A stretch of 64,000 nucleotides of DNA, taken from Amoebophrya sp. A120 (taxonomy: Eukaryota > Protista > Dinoflagellata). The notes below the pieces were generated by a model that did not search any database, had not been told where the DNA came from, and saw only the letters and a list, made by a program, of their open reading frames with translations. Numbering within the stretch: position 1 is the stretch's first letter; each line of letters starts with the position of its first letter. Positions 1 through 12,347 of the stretch are shown here, piece by piece. The translations under genes were made by a program, and so were the position numbers. The stretch covers positions 5,558,828-5,622,827 of the forward strand of contig CAJINV010000004.1 of NCBI GenBank assembly GCA_905178155.1, in the 5' to 3' direction.

Positions 1-237
1 ATGTCTGGGTCTGGAAGGTTGAAACTTGTGATGCGCATTTCAGAACACAGAAAAATCTCTCATGCATAGGCAGCAAAAGTTGCCCACTTTCTGTCACCAA
101 AATCAGGGATTTGTCATGCGGATTCGGCATTCCGAATGCTTCTCGAAACCTGTGATGCTAGAGCCTCCATGCCAGACCTTCTGTGTCATGCAAAAACAGC
201 ATGAGTCTTCCAGACCCAGACATTTTTACATTTGATA
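1..237. mobile_element. Introner family A, truncated by window edge
   Basis: atgtctgggtctggaa ... ttccagacccagacatttttacatttgata. Confidence 0.85.
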
Positions 238-2602
238 TTCGATAGAAACCCTTGCGCCCTTATAATTTCCATCTACGACTACGTCACCGGAAGGTGGTGC
301 TGCGGCCCTTCCACTGCTCATCTGCGCCGATGCTGGCAAATCAAAACCGGGCGATGTAGTTCTTGAAGAAGGTTCCTCGAGGAGCTGTTGGAGTGTAGTT
401 TTCGAATCCCCTTGATGTAGCTCGTCCTGCAAGGACATCTGATCACCGGGTCCGATGGCGCCGTCGTTGAGATTCTTGACCCCTCGAACCAAAAGGTCGA
501 CATGATCTTGCCGAAAGTGGTTCGAGTCGGGCATCGTGGCTTGAATTTGCTGCTTGACTTGCAACTGCTCCTCCAGTAGGGGAGCGAGGTTTATTGAGGG
601 CTGCCGGAAGAGCGGGCTGGGCGGGAGTTTTTGTGTACTACGAGTAGAACTGGGGACGAGGAACAAATGTTGGTCCTGCGATTTGATGTTCGATGCAGGA
701 TCATTTTCTACACAACTTCTGGTTCCGCCTCCAGTACTGCTGCTTGTGCTCTTCGCAGCATCAACAGAGGTTGAAGATTTCGTCGCGCCGAATGCAGAAA
801 AATTTGACGGATCAACACCGTGAAAGGGGGTATTTAGAAGATGCTGTTGACCTCCTCCACTCTCGCCAGTAGTTGTAGTGCAGCTCCTGCTACCCACCTC
901 CACCTCGACCTCGTTCTGCAGTCGTGCCGCGAAATAGTCGTCGATGTTTTTTTCCCGCTGCGCCAGCCACTCCTGCTGCGCACTGTTGGGTCCGGAGAGC
1001 TTGCCTAGTTCGTGCAGCCGCAACGGATTGCGCAGCCAACCCCCGTGGGTACCGCACCGGCCACTGCGTTTTATTTGGAATGACGTTTTTTTAGTAGTAC
1101 TTTTGGTAGGGGTTCTATTGCAAGGAAAAATCCCCCCTCCCCATATTGAAAACGCATCCTTCTGAAAAGCAGACTCGTGATTTGTGACCACAGAGCGGGC
1201 CTGTCTTGCTAGAAGGCAGATCCAGGCTCTCTGCCACGTTATGCAGGCGATTTGTAATGCTGTAAGGCTCACAGGGTAGTCGTCTACCATGCTAGGTGCC
1301 TACACCAAAAGACCCCCGCCTAGGCTCAGGATCTGCGTGCATTCCTCTACTGCAACACAAATTTGATTTGTGTATTCAAATCCAGCATCAGAAATTTCGT
1401 TTTGATATGGGGAGGGGGGATTTTTCCTTTTGATAGGTTCTAGTGTAGTTCTCCGCGACGTCCACTCCGGAAGATGAGGAGGACCAGGACTCTATCCTAT
1501 GTAAAAACGTCCCCACCCCAGAGCTGTCATGCAGGTAGGCATGCGAAAAATGTTTGTCATGCGGAGCCCCATGAGAAGTATTCTCTAGTCGTGTTTTGGA
1601 ACTTGCAGCGCTCCAATCAGCGTGATAGGCTAGATCTGTGATGCTGCTGAACGAACTAAGCAGGATCACACTACGAGGACAAAGCTGTCATGCGAAACAA
1701 CCAGAGGTGGCTGATTTGTCTAGCGGATTTCCCAATTTGACTCTGGAGTGGGGACATTTTTACTCAGGATAGACTCTTCGATGACCGGCGCAGCATCTTC
1801 CGAGATATTTACGAAACGGTTGTGCTGCTCGAGAACCTCCTCCGCGTCAGGATCCACCAGTGCAGCCCCCGGGAGGTCTTGCTCCTCTTCCGCTGCTTGC
1901 TTCTTGATCTGCAAACTGGGGCAATTGGGGTACTGCTGCAACTATGCATTGCAAACGCATCGCTCTCGTATAAATGCATTACAAATTCCCTCAGCATGAG
2001 AAACAAAGTTTGTCATGCGGATTTACCTTAGGAAAAAAAATTGTAATGCATGACTGCAATTACTACGAGTACGATAATTTTGCACAGGATAGCAACAGAA
2101 ATTCGCTGCGCTTGCGGTGGATCGCGGCGGTCAGGCGGCCACGCCGCGTCGGAGTTTTAGTCCACATAGGTAAAAATGTTAACCTATCAAATGCAAAAAT
2201 GTCTGGGTCTGGAAAAGTGTAGACTTGTCATGCAGATTTTCCATGACCCATGAGGTCTGGAATGCGGGCCATAGCATGACAGACTCTGCGAGGTCTCTGC
2301 CATGCCTATCCTGCATGAGAAACTCCCTTCCAACTTGTTCAAAAGTGTGCCGCTTTTGGCACTCATGCAACACAGATTTTTGCATGCTTCAGATTTACCA
2401 TGACAAGTTGCAATCTTCCAGACCCAGACATTTTTGGAATTCATATAACCACTCCGAACTACAACCCCCTTCCCGGCGGCTTGCGCCAGGGGGTACGTAG
2501 CTAGCNGCAATCTTCCAGACCCAGACATTTTTGGAATTCATATAACCACTCCGAACTACAACCCCCTTCCCGGCGGCTTGCGCCAGGGGGTACGTAGCTA
2601 GC
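238..2602 (-). CDS. Hypothetical low-complexity protein, partial. Runs off the window start and may be continuous with the 4090-6991 gene
   Basis: Interrupted by introners at 1116, 1493, 1943 and 2185. Removing the 2185 and 1943 elements plus one 5-bp repeat each gives ...CSSEWLTFLPMWTKTPTRRGRLTAAIHRKRSEFLLQQYPNCPSLQ... in frame. Confidence 0.6.
1116..1435. mobile_element. Introner family C
   Basis: TIR tattgcaaggaaaaatcccccctccccatat; direct repeat ggttc/ggttc. Confidence 0.9.
1493..1771. mobile_element. Introner family B
   Basis: TIR tatcctatgtaaaaacgtccccaccccagag; repeat gactc/gactc. Confidence 0.9.
1943..2091. mobile_element. Introner family D (short)
   Basis: ends tacgagtacgataattttgcacaggata; repeat gcaac/gcaac. 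Confidence 0.9.
2185..2445. mobile_element. Introner family A
   Basis: TIR tatcaaatgcaaaaatgtctgggtctggaa; repeat taacc/taacc. Confidence 0.9.
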
Positions 2603-4089
2603 ATTATTACATCAGAAAAGGAGAAGCTGGATCTTCCCTTGTAGTTTCACAATGAAAATAAACTGGGCTTTAAAAGAACGCGTGCCTTCCGTTTTTTGCG
2701 GAAAAACACTATTGATCGCTCGGTGCACGTCCACGGCCACCAATTCAACACACTCTTACGAAAAACAACCTACGTAGAGAAAACAAAGAAATTGAATAAA
2801 CCCACTGGCTTGACAGTCGGCGGATCTTGTTCATTTTTGGGATCTGTGACTGAGATGACCGAGAAAAAGGTTGCTTAGGGTCAGCTTCCAACCTGCCACT
2901 GTGAGAGCTGCGAGAGGTTTGTGGGGCTCTAAATTTGATCCTGTACCCTAGAAAGCGATCCACTCAACGTTGTGCGAGCGAGTAAGAGTGTGAAGTCGCC
3001 CTCTGTATTCGTGATTTGGACGAACATCTCAAGAGGTGAACAAGGATCCTGGAGGTGCCTGGGCCGCCCTGCTGGGTGGGGGCGACTTGGAGCGCACCAG
3101 CGGGCTCTAATTCTAATGTTCCTGATGGCAGCATCGATGCGCTTTCGCTACTAGCGTCGTGTTGGTTGATTCATTTACCACGGTCTTTCAATGTCAGCGA
3201 CGGGCTACGAGCCCTGTGTCGCGTTCATCGCGCATCCTGCACTCTAGCGGATGCTGCTGCCTCCTCACAGGAGTGATTGATATACAAAAATACTTCGATC
3301 TTTTCAGGACGCGACTCTTCCAGTGGCAACTGGAAAAGGAAATAAATACTGAGCACTACGCCCCGACATCACTTCATTTTGAACGATCAATCTTCCCTGG
3401 TAGAACTTCTACCAAAAGACTAGTTTGCACGATTCCGATAAACCTTTAGCCTAAAAACAGCTATGCAAAAGTAGGACTTCTGGCCTCAAAAGGTAGAAAG
3501 TCGATATTTGTCGGCACGGAAAGACGACCTTGTTTGACCGCGCAAACGTACTTGTTTGACCGCGCGATATTTGTCGGCACGTCACTTACAACTCGAAAAT
3601 GATGCACCGGGATGTGTCTGTCATTAAATATTTAAAACAAACAGCTAAAACTCTTACACAGGGCTCATCTCGTCGGTGGAAGCAAAAGGTCACAGGATCT
3701 CTACCACGTATCCTGTGAAATTCGCGAAATCCCGATGGAGAAGCAAGCTCAAGATATCTTCTTCTACTGTTAATTACGACTAGAAAAAAGCGAGGAGCGT
3801 GACAAGCGAAGCAGCTCCCAACCGGCACAATTACGGGAACTGACTAGATTCCTATAACCTTGTAGTCTATCCAGACGGGTTCCCCGGTAGTGCTTTTAGG
3901 TGAAAAGAGCGATTACTCTGCCTCCGAGCCCAGCTGGGCTCAGCTCCTAGGCTGCAGCTGCGTTCCTCGTAAGTTGTGAGTGCCTGACCTCGAGAAAACT
4001 CAAAAAATCTTCTGTGAAATAAATGATGAACTCAAGAGGTTCTTCTGTAAACTTGAGCACATCTGCTCTACAAGTAGTTCCCATGGAAA

Positions 4090-6991
4090 CTACTCGCCCA
4101 TCATGTAAAAATCGAAACCGGACTCATCCAAAAACTCCTCCTCCTGGTGCAAAGAAGGAACGTCGTGCCGCTCGACAGTATTTTTGACATCGCTTTTTTG
4201 GTTCAGGTCTGCCTTCGGCTGCGTGGGCACCGAGGAAGAGCTGCCACGATTCAGGCGGTCGACAGTCTTTTTGGCACGGCGTCCACCTTGGGAAGTGGGA
4301 AGCCGCACTCCCGCGATGTTATCAAATGCGAAAGCGTCTGGGTCTGGAAGAGTGCAGACTTGGCATGCATATTTTCCATGCCCCATGAGGTCTGGAATGC
4401 AGGACCTAGCATGACAGATTCTGCGAAGTCTCTATCATGCCTATCCTGCATGAGAAACTCCCGCTCATGTTGGTCAAGAAAGGACAACTCTTGGTGATCA
4501 CGCAGCACAGATTTTTGTGTGACCCACAGGACGCATCACAAGTTCCACCCTGACCCAGACACTTTTGCATTTGATAGACGTCAGTCGGCCGCTTTGGTGC
4601 GGCTCCGTGTTTGGTAGCTTTCTTCTTGATAGCTTTCTTGACAACTTTCTTCCGCGGCGCCGATTCGCTCTGGCAGGCTTCGCTTTCAGACATACGGCGC
4701 AGCGCGTCCGGAATGTGCACGGTGACCACGTTGTCTTCGCTTCCAGTTTGATCACCACTATGAATTGCAAAAATGTCTGGGTCTGGAAGATTCTGAGACT
4801 TGTCATGCACGTTTTGCATGGGCCATGATGTCTGTGATGCATGCCCCAGCATCACAGACTTTTTGAGGGCTTCGCAATGGCTATTCCGCATGAGAAATTC
4901 CCTCTTCGCGTAGCCAAAGTTGCATTCTCTTTGCTGCCTATGCAATACAGATCTTTTTGAAATCCAAATGCAGCATCACAAGTTCGGATTCTTCCAGACC
5001 CAGACACTTTTGCATTTGATAACTACCGAAAGAAAACGAAACCACTTCCATGCCTTTCTCTGGCGCCGTTTCAAGGTACCGAAGTTTGCAAATCAGCTTG
5101 AGAGCGGGCTGGTTTGCGCGGTTATTAACTCCCCACTCCACGGATACTTCTCGGACGTCGTCGTCGCCCTTATCCTTCTGCGCGGACATCACGGTGGCGC
5201 CAGGGCGAGAGAACGTAACATCGATCCACGCTGTCCTGGAACCGCCGACAAAAGAAGCAGGGAGCTTCTCGATAAAAACATGCTGTCTGCTATGCTACAA
5301 AAAAAAGCACACGCGCGCCCGCGTTCATCTACCGGCTCGTTCAAAATAAGTAAAGCGCGCGTTCATCTGGCCTTTTTTCCTCGAACGAGCAGGAAAAGAT
5401 TGCAAGATGTCGCCTCTTGGGCACGGTGACAGTCACTTACAGAGCTCCTAGCTGGGGGGACAGAAGGCGCCACGGAGTGAGCAGCAAAGCATTGCTCTGC
5501 GGGCCCGATGCTAAAAATGCAAGGCGGCGCGAGGGCTTTTTTTTTTTTGCTTCATAGATAGCCTGCGATCTGTCTTCGGAATTTTTCATATTTCCTATAG
5601 TTGTCTCTGGCCAATTCGCCGCGCGGGCGCTTTCCTGGGAGCTGGTGGCGCGACTCTCAATGGCAGTCTTCTGAAGAATATCCCTTCGCTGGCGCTGGAG
5701 GTCTTCAATGTGGCTGAGGTCAAACATCATAGCGGGGCCAGCGAAAAAAAGGTCGCGGACAAGATTAAGAAAAGGAGAGTCTACGGCTCTGGGAGCCTTT
5801 CTGGGTCGGAAGTCAAACCCCTTCGGCAAATCGTAATTCAAGCCAGGAGAGAAGCACGTCCTCCCAGTGTGGGGGGACTCGGACATCTATCAACTGCAAA
5901 TATGTCTGGGTCTGGAAGATTCCGAGATTTGTCATGGTAGTCTGGTATGACGTTGAACTCTGTATTGCGTGGCCGCGAAGGGCGGCCCCTTTTGCCTGTC
6001 ATGCAAAAAAGCAGTTTCTCATGCGGAGGACGCAACGCAGATCCACGGAAGAACTTGTCGTGCTGGGCAGCGCATAATTATAGCGTTCGCGTTATTCCCT
6101 TCCTTGCATTACAAGTTCCAGACCCAGGCATATTTGCAATGCATAACATCCGATTGCGGGCTCGGCGCTGGAAGCGTTCTTCAGCTTTATCGTGTCGCTC
6201 CGAATAAGAGGTGTAGACATTCAGAGAAGTAGCTTTGTCACTCGTAGCGCTCCTGTGCCCGTTTTCCCACTTATGAGAGTGCACAACTCGCCCTCCCCCT
6301 TGCTTGTATTGCATGAACAGCAAGACCAACACCACCACACGGGCACCCTGTGCAAGACAAATTCATGCGCCTAGTGTAGTACTGTCTGGGCTTCCGGAAT
6401 CTGTCAACATGCAAACAGTGCCACAGGGAAGAACTTGGATTTGGGCTTTTGCATGACAAATGAGGGGGAGGGGGGGTTGTGGCACTCTCATACCACTTTT
6501 GGCGCGCATCGCTCAGATCCGGACCCAGAAGATCGTCGACGGACCTGGCGTATCCAATGCAAAAATGTCTGGATCTGGAAGGCTCCGTACTTGTGATGCG
6601 TGTTTCGGATCCTACAAAGATCTGTGATGCGTAACGTGCAAAAGGTGCCCACTTCTGGCCATGCTGTGAGTCGATTTCTCATGCAGAATACGCATCACCA
6701 AGGAGCTGCAAAACCTGTAATGCTAGGCCCTGCATTCCAGACGTGGGGGAGCTTGGAAAGACTGCATGACAAGCCTGGCAATCTTCCAGACCCAGACATT
6801 TTTGCATTTGATATGGCGAAGGACAAGGAGTCGTGTCTGGAGGGAGCAAAAAAGGTATTGAGTAGTTTCTGGTAGCCCGGCGCACGACGCTTCCCACCTC
6901 TGACTGGGTCAGTAAACTCACGACCAAAGGCACCACCAGCGGTCGATCCCACCAGCAACGAGACAATCACGCGCCGCGAAGTAGCCAACAT
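4090..6991 (-). CDS. Hypothetical protein with hydrophobic N-terminus; 5 introners plus at least one GT-AG intron (donor gtaagt at 5440); 3' end uncertain
   Basis: ATG at 6991. In-frame joins: DSLSFA|RSVDD, ARQKW|ENGH, ARNRM|SESP, FSFGS|DQTG, RPTDV|AGVR. Confidence 0.65.
4320..4576. mobile_element. Introner family A
   Basis: TIRs; repeat gatgt/gacgt. Confidence 0.9.
4759..5021. mobile_element. Introner family A
   Basis: TIRs; repeat accac/actac. Confidence 0.9.
5888..6145. mobile_element. Introner family A
   Basis: TIRs; repeat acatc/acatc. Confidence 0.9.
6272..6492. mobile_element. Introner family E
   Basis: TIR tatgagagtgcacaactcgccctccccc; repeat ccact/ccact. Confidence 0.9.
6551..6813. 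mobile_element. Introner family A
   Basis: TIRs; repeat tggcg/tggcg. Confidence 0.9.
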
Positions 6992-7837
6992 TTTATTTTG
7001 TAGATTTTATGGTAGAAGAACGAGCACTAGGCTATGCTTGTGCAGTTTGTTTAGTTACTTGGATCTGTGATCGGCCTCAATTGTAGTGCCAGTACGTAGT
7101 TCGCAAATAAATATTAAGTTGGTTTAGTACTATGCAGTGCAAAAGCCAAAACTGAATAAAGACAAAACAAAAAGCTCAGGCTCTTCGGCAAGCGAGTACA
7201 AGTTAAAACGACTCGATGTGGGGAAAGAGATTACGCTCTAATGTTGTTGGTCTTGTTTTACTTCTTCGGTTGGCAAAGTAGCTGTGAAGGTTTGTTTAAT
7301 GTGCAGACTTCTATTATATTTGACTGTGACCGTCACAGTTGGCTTGACTTACATGAGGCGCATCCTCCAGATCATGTACCGACACAGTAGTCGATGCGTC
7401 ACCGGAGATTTCGACTCGACATGATCATACCGAATGAGCACTCTGCTTTTACTCATGTCACGACATGGATCGAAATTTACTCACCGAACTGAACTTCGAT
7501 TTGCACAGCACCGAGCATTTTTCATTTTCTGTGCTCGTCATATCATGATCCGGATCGTCTTTCTATACCGACCCACGACCGATGACTTGAGGTCGGGCCC
7601 GTCTCTGCTTCTGATTTTGACAGATTTTTTTCGTTTACAACCGATAATTGGACTCTGGTTACACTTGCGGAACTAGTACTGCAGGCTCATGTCTGGTGCA
7701 TCTTGATTTGTATTTCATGATCGTACAACTACCTAGAACATAAGACCGAGAGGACAGAAGATGTTGAGCTTCGTAGAAAGCAGATTGTGAAGGAGCTTTG
7801 TTTTTATGATCACAGATAATTTCGCTGATGTCCTCGC

Positions 7838-8059
7838 TATCCGGCGGTCAGGCGCCCATGTTGCTTTGGAATTTTAGTCCACACTGTTACTTTAGCAAAG
7901 CTTGACTCAGTAGCTCCTCTTGTGTTACTTGCACCATAAAGCAAAAAAAAATAACACGATTGCAAATGCCTACTTATCATTGGGATGCGCATCACAAATG
8001 GTCCTGTTATTGCAAATCTGCATGACAACTGTGGGGTGGGGACTTTTTTGCTCAGGATG
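7838..8059. mobile_element. Degenerate family B introner at the 3' end of the ADPRH gene; left boundary uncertain
   Basis: Right end ggggtggggacttttttgctcaggatg; no matching left TIR; poor direct repeat. Confidence 0.55.
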
Positions 8060-11000
8060 GTCGTTCCTGTTCCTTTGTCCCTGTTGTTGTACTAGTACTA
8101 GACTGCTGTACCTGGGAAAACAACTTCTTCGCCGCGTTCCGACAGCGGCCAGAATACTCGATCCCGCTGTAGTGTTTTTCCGGCACGCCCTGAAACCCGA
8201 ATAGCGCGCCGTACCAGGACAGTGCGATGGAGCCGGTGGAATCGTTGTCGCCCCGGTGTTATGAATTGCAAAAGTGTCTGGGTCTGGAAGATTGCAACTT
8301 GTCATGGTAAATCTGAAGCATGCAAAAATCTGTGTTGCATGAGTGCCAAGAGCTGTCCACTTTTGACCAAGTTGGAACGGAGTGTCTCATGCAGAATAGG
8401 CATGGCAGAGACCTCGCAGAGTCTGTCATGCTAAGTTCCGCATTCCAGACCTCATGGGTCATGGAAAATCTGCATGACAAGTCTACACTCTTCCAGACCC
8501 AGACATTTTTGCACTTGATAGGTGTAGCACCGCGCGCTCCACAAGGGTCTTGTACCTCTGGCGATGTTGTCCAAGTGTTTGTTTCAGACTAATTTTAATA
8601 TTGGTCGCGGCGGATGAAGCGCCGGAGGGTCCTGCTTCCATGGTCTTCTGCGTGTCACCATCGCGGTCGTAGTACAGAGCGTGCACCAAGGCGTCGTAGG
8701 CGATCAGCACCGCTATCAAGTGTAAAAATGTCTGCGTCTGGAAGAATGCAACTTGTGATGCTGTCTCTGCATTCTGAAAAAATCTGTATTGCATGAGTAG
8801 CAAACGGAATGCAATTTTTGCTACGCTGAGAAGGCATTTGTCATGCGGAATAGGAATCAAGAAGCCCTCAAAAAATCTGTATTGCTAGGGTATGCATCAC
8901 AGACATCATGGCTCGTGCAAAACGTGCATGACAAGTGTCAGAATCTTCCAGACCCAGACATCTTTACAGTTCATAACCGCAGAGGTGCCGCAACTGCCCG
9001 GAAACTTGCCCGTTTTGTTCATGGATGTTTGCGCGATTTTCATGTACAGTGTGTCCATAGCGGCCACCTCGTGTTCGCCGGGTTGGAATAAAACTGGTCT
9101 TGCTCCAGCTCCTTCTACACGCGGTATTGGCCAGAACTTCTTATTCCCATCCTCGGTGCTGGCGCCGGTACAAGAATTTCTCGTTGTCGGCTCTCCTGTC
9201 GTGGCTACACCAGGTGTGCAAGAATCGGTGGAGCTGCCCGCCCTTCCAGCGGTGGCTTTTGATGGTTGTTGTACACGACCACTCTCGCCGCGGCTGGCGC
9301 CACCCCCAGTGCTGCCCATGAAGTAGATCTTCCGGCAGTCTTTCGCGTACCAGAGCCATTTCTGGCCAAATTCAGTTTCGATTAACGGAAAGAAACCGCC
9401 TGCCTCCAGGTCCCGTAGATGTCTCGGACGGGGACCATATCAACTGCAAAAATGTCTGGGCCTCCGAGAGTGCGAAAACTGTCATGCTAGTCTGGCATGA
9501 CTCTAAACTCTGTATTGCGTAGCCGCGAACAGCTCCTCAAAACTGTCATGCAAAAACGCAGTTTCTCATGCGGAGCACGCAACTCAAAACCACGGAAAAA
9601 CTTGTCATGCTTGGCAGCGCATTACAGTGTGCTCACTATTCCCTTTATTGCATCACAAGTTTCCAGACCCAGACATATTTGCAATGCATAGACCACTCTG
9701 GTTTTTCAAGTACTCCTCCACGGCGGGCAACTATCATGAGAAAAAAGTGTTTACAGTTACACACTTGTTGGAGTTTCTGCATCACAAATTTTCTCTGCAT
9801 GGCAGAGAGTAATGCGAAGATCATAAGGGAAAACAGGGAGGAAACGAGGCTCCCAAGCATTTCCTGCATGAGAAAGGCTGTCTGTGTTGCTGGTCTTGCA
9901 ACACAATTTGTAACTGTAACACTTTTTTCTTGCGATAGCAACCCCTCGAGCAGCAGCTTCTCGGCCCACTGCGCCGGCTGTATTTCCGGTTCGTACTATC
10001 CTGAGCAGAAACGTCCCCACCCCAGACCCAGAGTCAAGATGGGGACCTCGCAACACAAGTCGAGAAGTTTTGGGAGTCAAGCATGACAAGTTCGTCTCTG
10101 TATTGTAGTGCAGTTTAGCAAGTACAGCCGCAACGCAAATCCATCTACTCATTGTTCTGTTTAGAGAAAGTCCAAAACACGATTGAATATCCCTCTCATG
10201 GAGATGCGCATTACAAATCTTCCTGTGACTGGAAATCTGCATGACAACTCTGGGGTGGGAACGTTTTTACTCAGGATACGTACAGCGCCAGCCAGGTGAA
10301 GTAACTGGCTGTAAAGCCGGCGAGGAAGCCCACCGGGACCGTCTTGGACATCCGGGAAGCTTCGAGAGACAGGGTCAGCATGGTCTGAAAGGACCGCGGA
10401 AAGCCAAACACGCTGGTCCGCATGCAAGCGCCGCAGCCGCCGCTGCGCGAGTCGAAGGGCTTGGCGTCCCAGTTGTGGCCGTTTTCGGTGAGGAGCTTGA
10501 TGCACTGCTGTTCCCCCTTGCCCGGGGCCCGCCCTATCCTGTGCAAAAACGTCCCTACGACCCCAGAGTTGTATTGCGAATCTGCAAGCTTAAAATGGTT
10601 CTCATGCAGCGGAGACCCATGAAAAGCTTTTTCTAGTGGTGTTTTGAGATTTGTGATGCTTACATCAGCGCGATCAACTGGATCTGTGATGCTTCTGCAC
10701 TAGCTAAACGCGACTACGTGACGGGTCCAAATTTGTCATGCGCAACAGCCAAAGCTTGGTGATTTGTGTAGCAGATTTCCCATCTTGACTATGGGGAGGG
10801 GGCGCTTTTACGTAGGATACGCCCGGTGAAATCGTTGCCGGCCTTCTTGAAACCCACGGCGATGCCCTGAAGGAGCTGGTCGTAGGTGGCGACGGTAGTA
10901 TTTGGAGGTTCTTTGGAAAGAGGTTTATTTTTCGCTGCAGAAGTCGCGCTGGTAGAACTCTGGCTTTTTTCCTTCGACGAGTGAATCTTATCAAGCAAAT

Positions 11001-11358
11001 TTTCACTCACTTTAACGGAGGTGGACGCGGGCCCTGGCCCTGCGCCGCTGGTTAATATCACTTCCTGCGTGACGACACCTTGTAGGAGAGTTTGCTTCAT
11101 CTGCGTCGAAAGCTTCGATAGGCCGAGACTGAGTCCCTCGGCCATAGCGAGGTGCTCCACCGTGTCGTCGGAGACCATCCAGTTTGTCAAGTCCATTTCC
11201 AGCACCCCACCCAGCTCCTCGCAGTCGTTCCGAATCTTCGTCGTGCTCGCGCAGAACTCCCACTGGCCTCCGCGGTAGCCCATCGCATCACCAACGGCGT
11301 GCAGGAGCAGGCATGCTTCGAAACGCTCCCGGAGATCAGGTTCGGGCGTGAACGACAT
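8052..11358 (-). CDS. ADPRH: ADP-ribosylglycohydrolase family protein (ARH1/ADP-ribosylarginine hydrolase-like), split by 6 intact introners
   Basis: Reconstructed motifs in the correct order: LLHAVGDAMGY, VSDDT, FTGRAPG, GGCGACMR, SAVLIAYDAL, LHRGDNDSTGSIALSWYGALFGFQGVPEKHYSGIEY. Confidence 0.9.
8260..8520. mobile_element. Introner family A, opposite orientation to 2185
   Basis: TIRs; repeat ggtgt/ggtgt. Confidence 0.9.
8714..8975. mobile_element. Introner family A
   Basis: TIRs; repeat accgc/accgc. Confidence 0.9.
9438..9690. mobile_element. Introner family A
   Basis: TIRs; repeat gacca/gacca. Confidence 0.9.
9732..9937. mobile_element. Introner family I
   Basis: TIR tatcatgagaaaaaagtgtttacagttaca; repeat gcaac/gcaac. 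Confidence 0.9.
9997..10278. mobile_element. Introner family B
   Basis: TIRs; repeat cgtac/cgtac. Confidence 0.9.
10535..10819. mobile_element. Introner family B
   Basis: TIRs; repeat cgccc/cgccc. Confidence 0.9.
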
Positions 11359-12347
11359 GATTTCGCGAAAACGTACTTATAATTCCTAGACTACCTATAA
11401 TTCAGCCATAGATTTAGATGTCGGGAAAATGTCGAACACACTTCAAACCTCCAAAGAAAAGGCAAACCATATTGAAGGTCTAGTTGTGATGCTAGTAGTG
11501 GGACTTAGTGGGAATGCAAGTTGTCACTTGACGACTCAAGGATGTGCATGATAAGTCATGTGTTCGCAGTTGTAGCATGCGGCATGAAAAATATTAGTAC
11601 TAGCATACTACATTGACGATATGCAGAAAGCGCGCACGAGCTAGGTAGGCACGATGCCGAGAGATAATAAGCCTGTTTTCGTGCGACCGATGACGATGCG
11701 GAGTATGTACGAATGGATTACCGATCGGGAGGCCGCTTAGGAGTTCGAACCGACGTGATTCTTACATATAGAATTAGTCAACAAGTGATCTCAGAAACTT
11801 CGGCCATTGTGGTGTTACTTGTTCTTCCCTCACCATCGCTCGAAGGATGAAACAATCAGATCTATCGGATTGGCAATAGAAACGTGAGCGGTTGGTTCAA
11901 ACACAATAGCCTCCCACGGATTCACAAAACGAAAACTAACGGTTTCTATTGCACACAAGAATCTAGTGGAGAAATCATTTTCAGGACGGAAGATAGTTCA
12001 CCAATTAAGCAGCTCAACTTTCATCAAATACTCTGAGGCACTTTTGTCATTTTTTTAGTGTGCATTTAATCGTCTCCGCAGTTTTCCGCAGATTTTTTCT
12101 GCAGTGTGAATTTTGACATTACATTGAGGGAGTATCTCAAGTACTAAATCAATCTGTTTTAAACAAGTCCACAAGTAAAATCATCCTTTCTGTCCCTTTG
12201 ACAGACATACTTACAATTGAACTAGAGTGAATTTGTCTGGAGGAGCTCGGACTTTTTGGTCAGCTCCAACTGGTGCACTGATTAATCTTACATAAAAGGT
12301 GGCGATGCATTCTTGCAAATAACCAAAATTTAAACAATTCTGCTGCT

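Noticed and set aside
2410-2602. Exact ~95-bp duplication around the N at 2505
   Set aside because: It straddles an ambiguous base; most likely a contig-overlap artefact.
3500-3590. Small A-B-B-A duplication (cgatatttgtcggcacg and cttgtttgaccgcgc)
   Set aside because: Short local duplication next to a probable canonical donor site, with no evidence of function.
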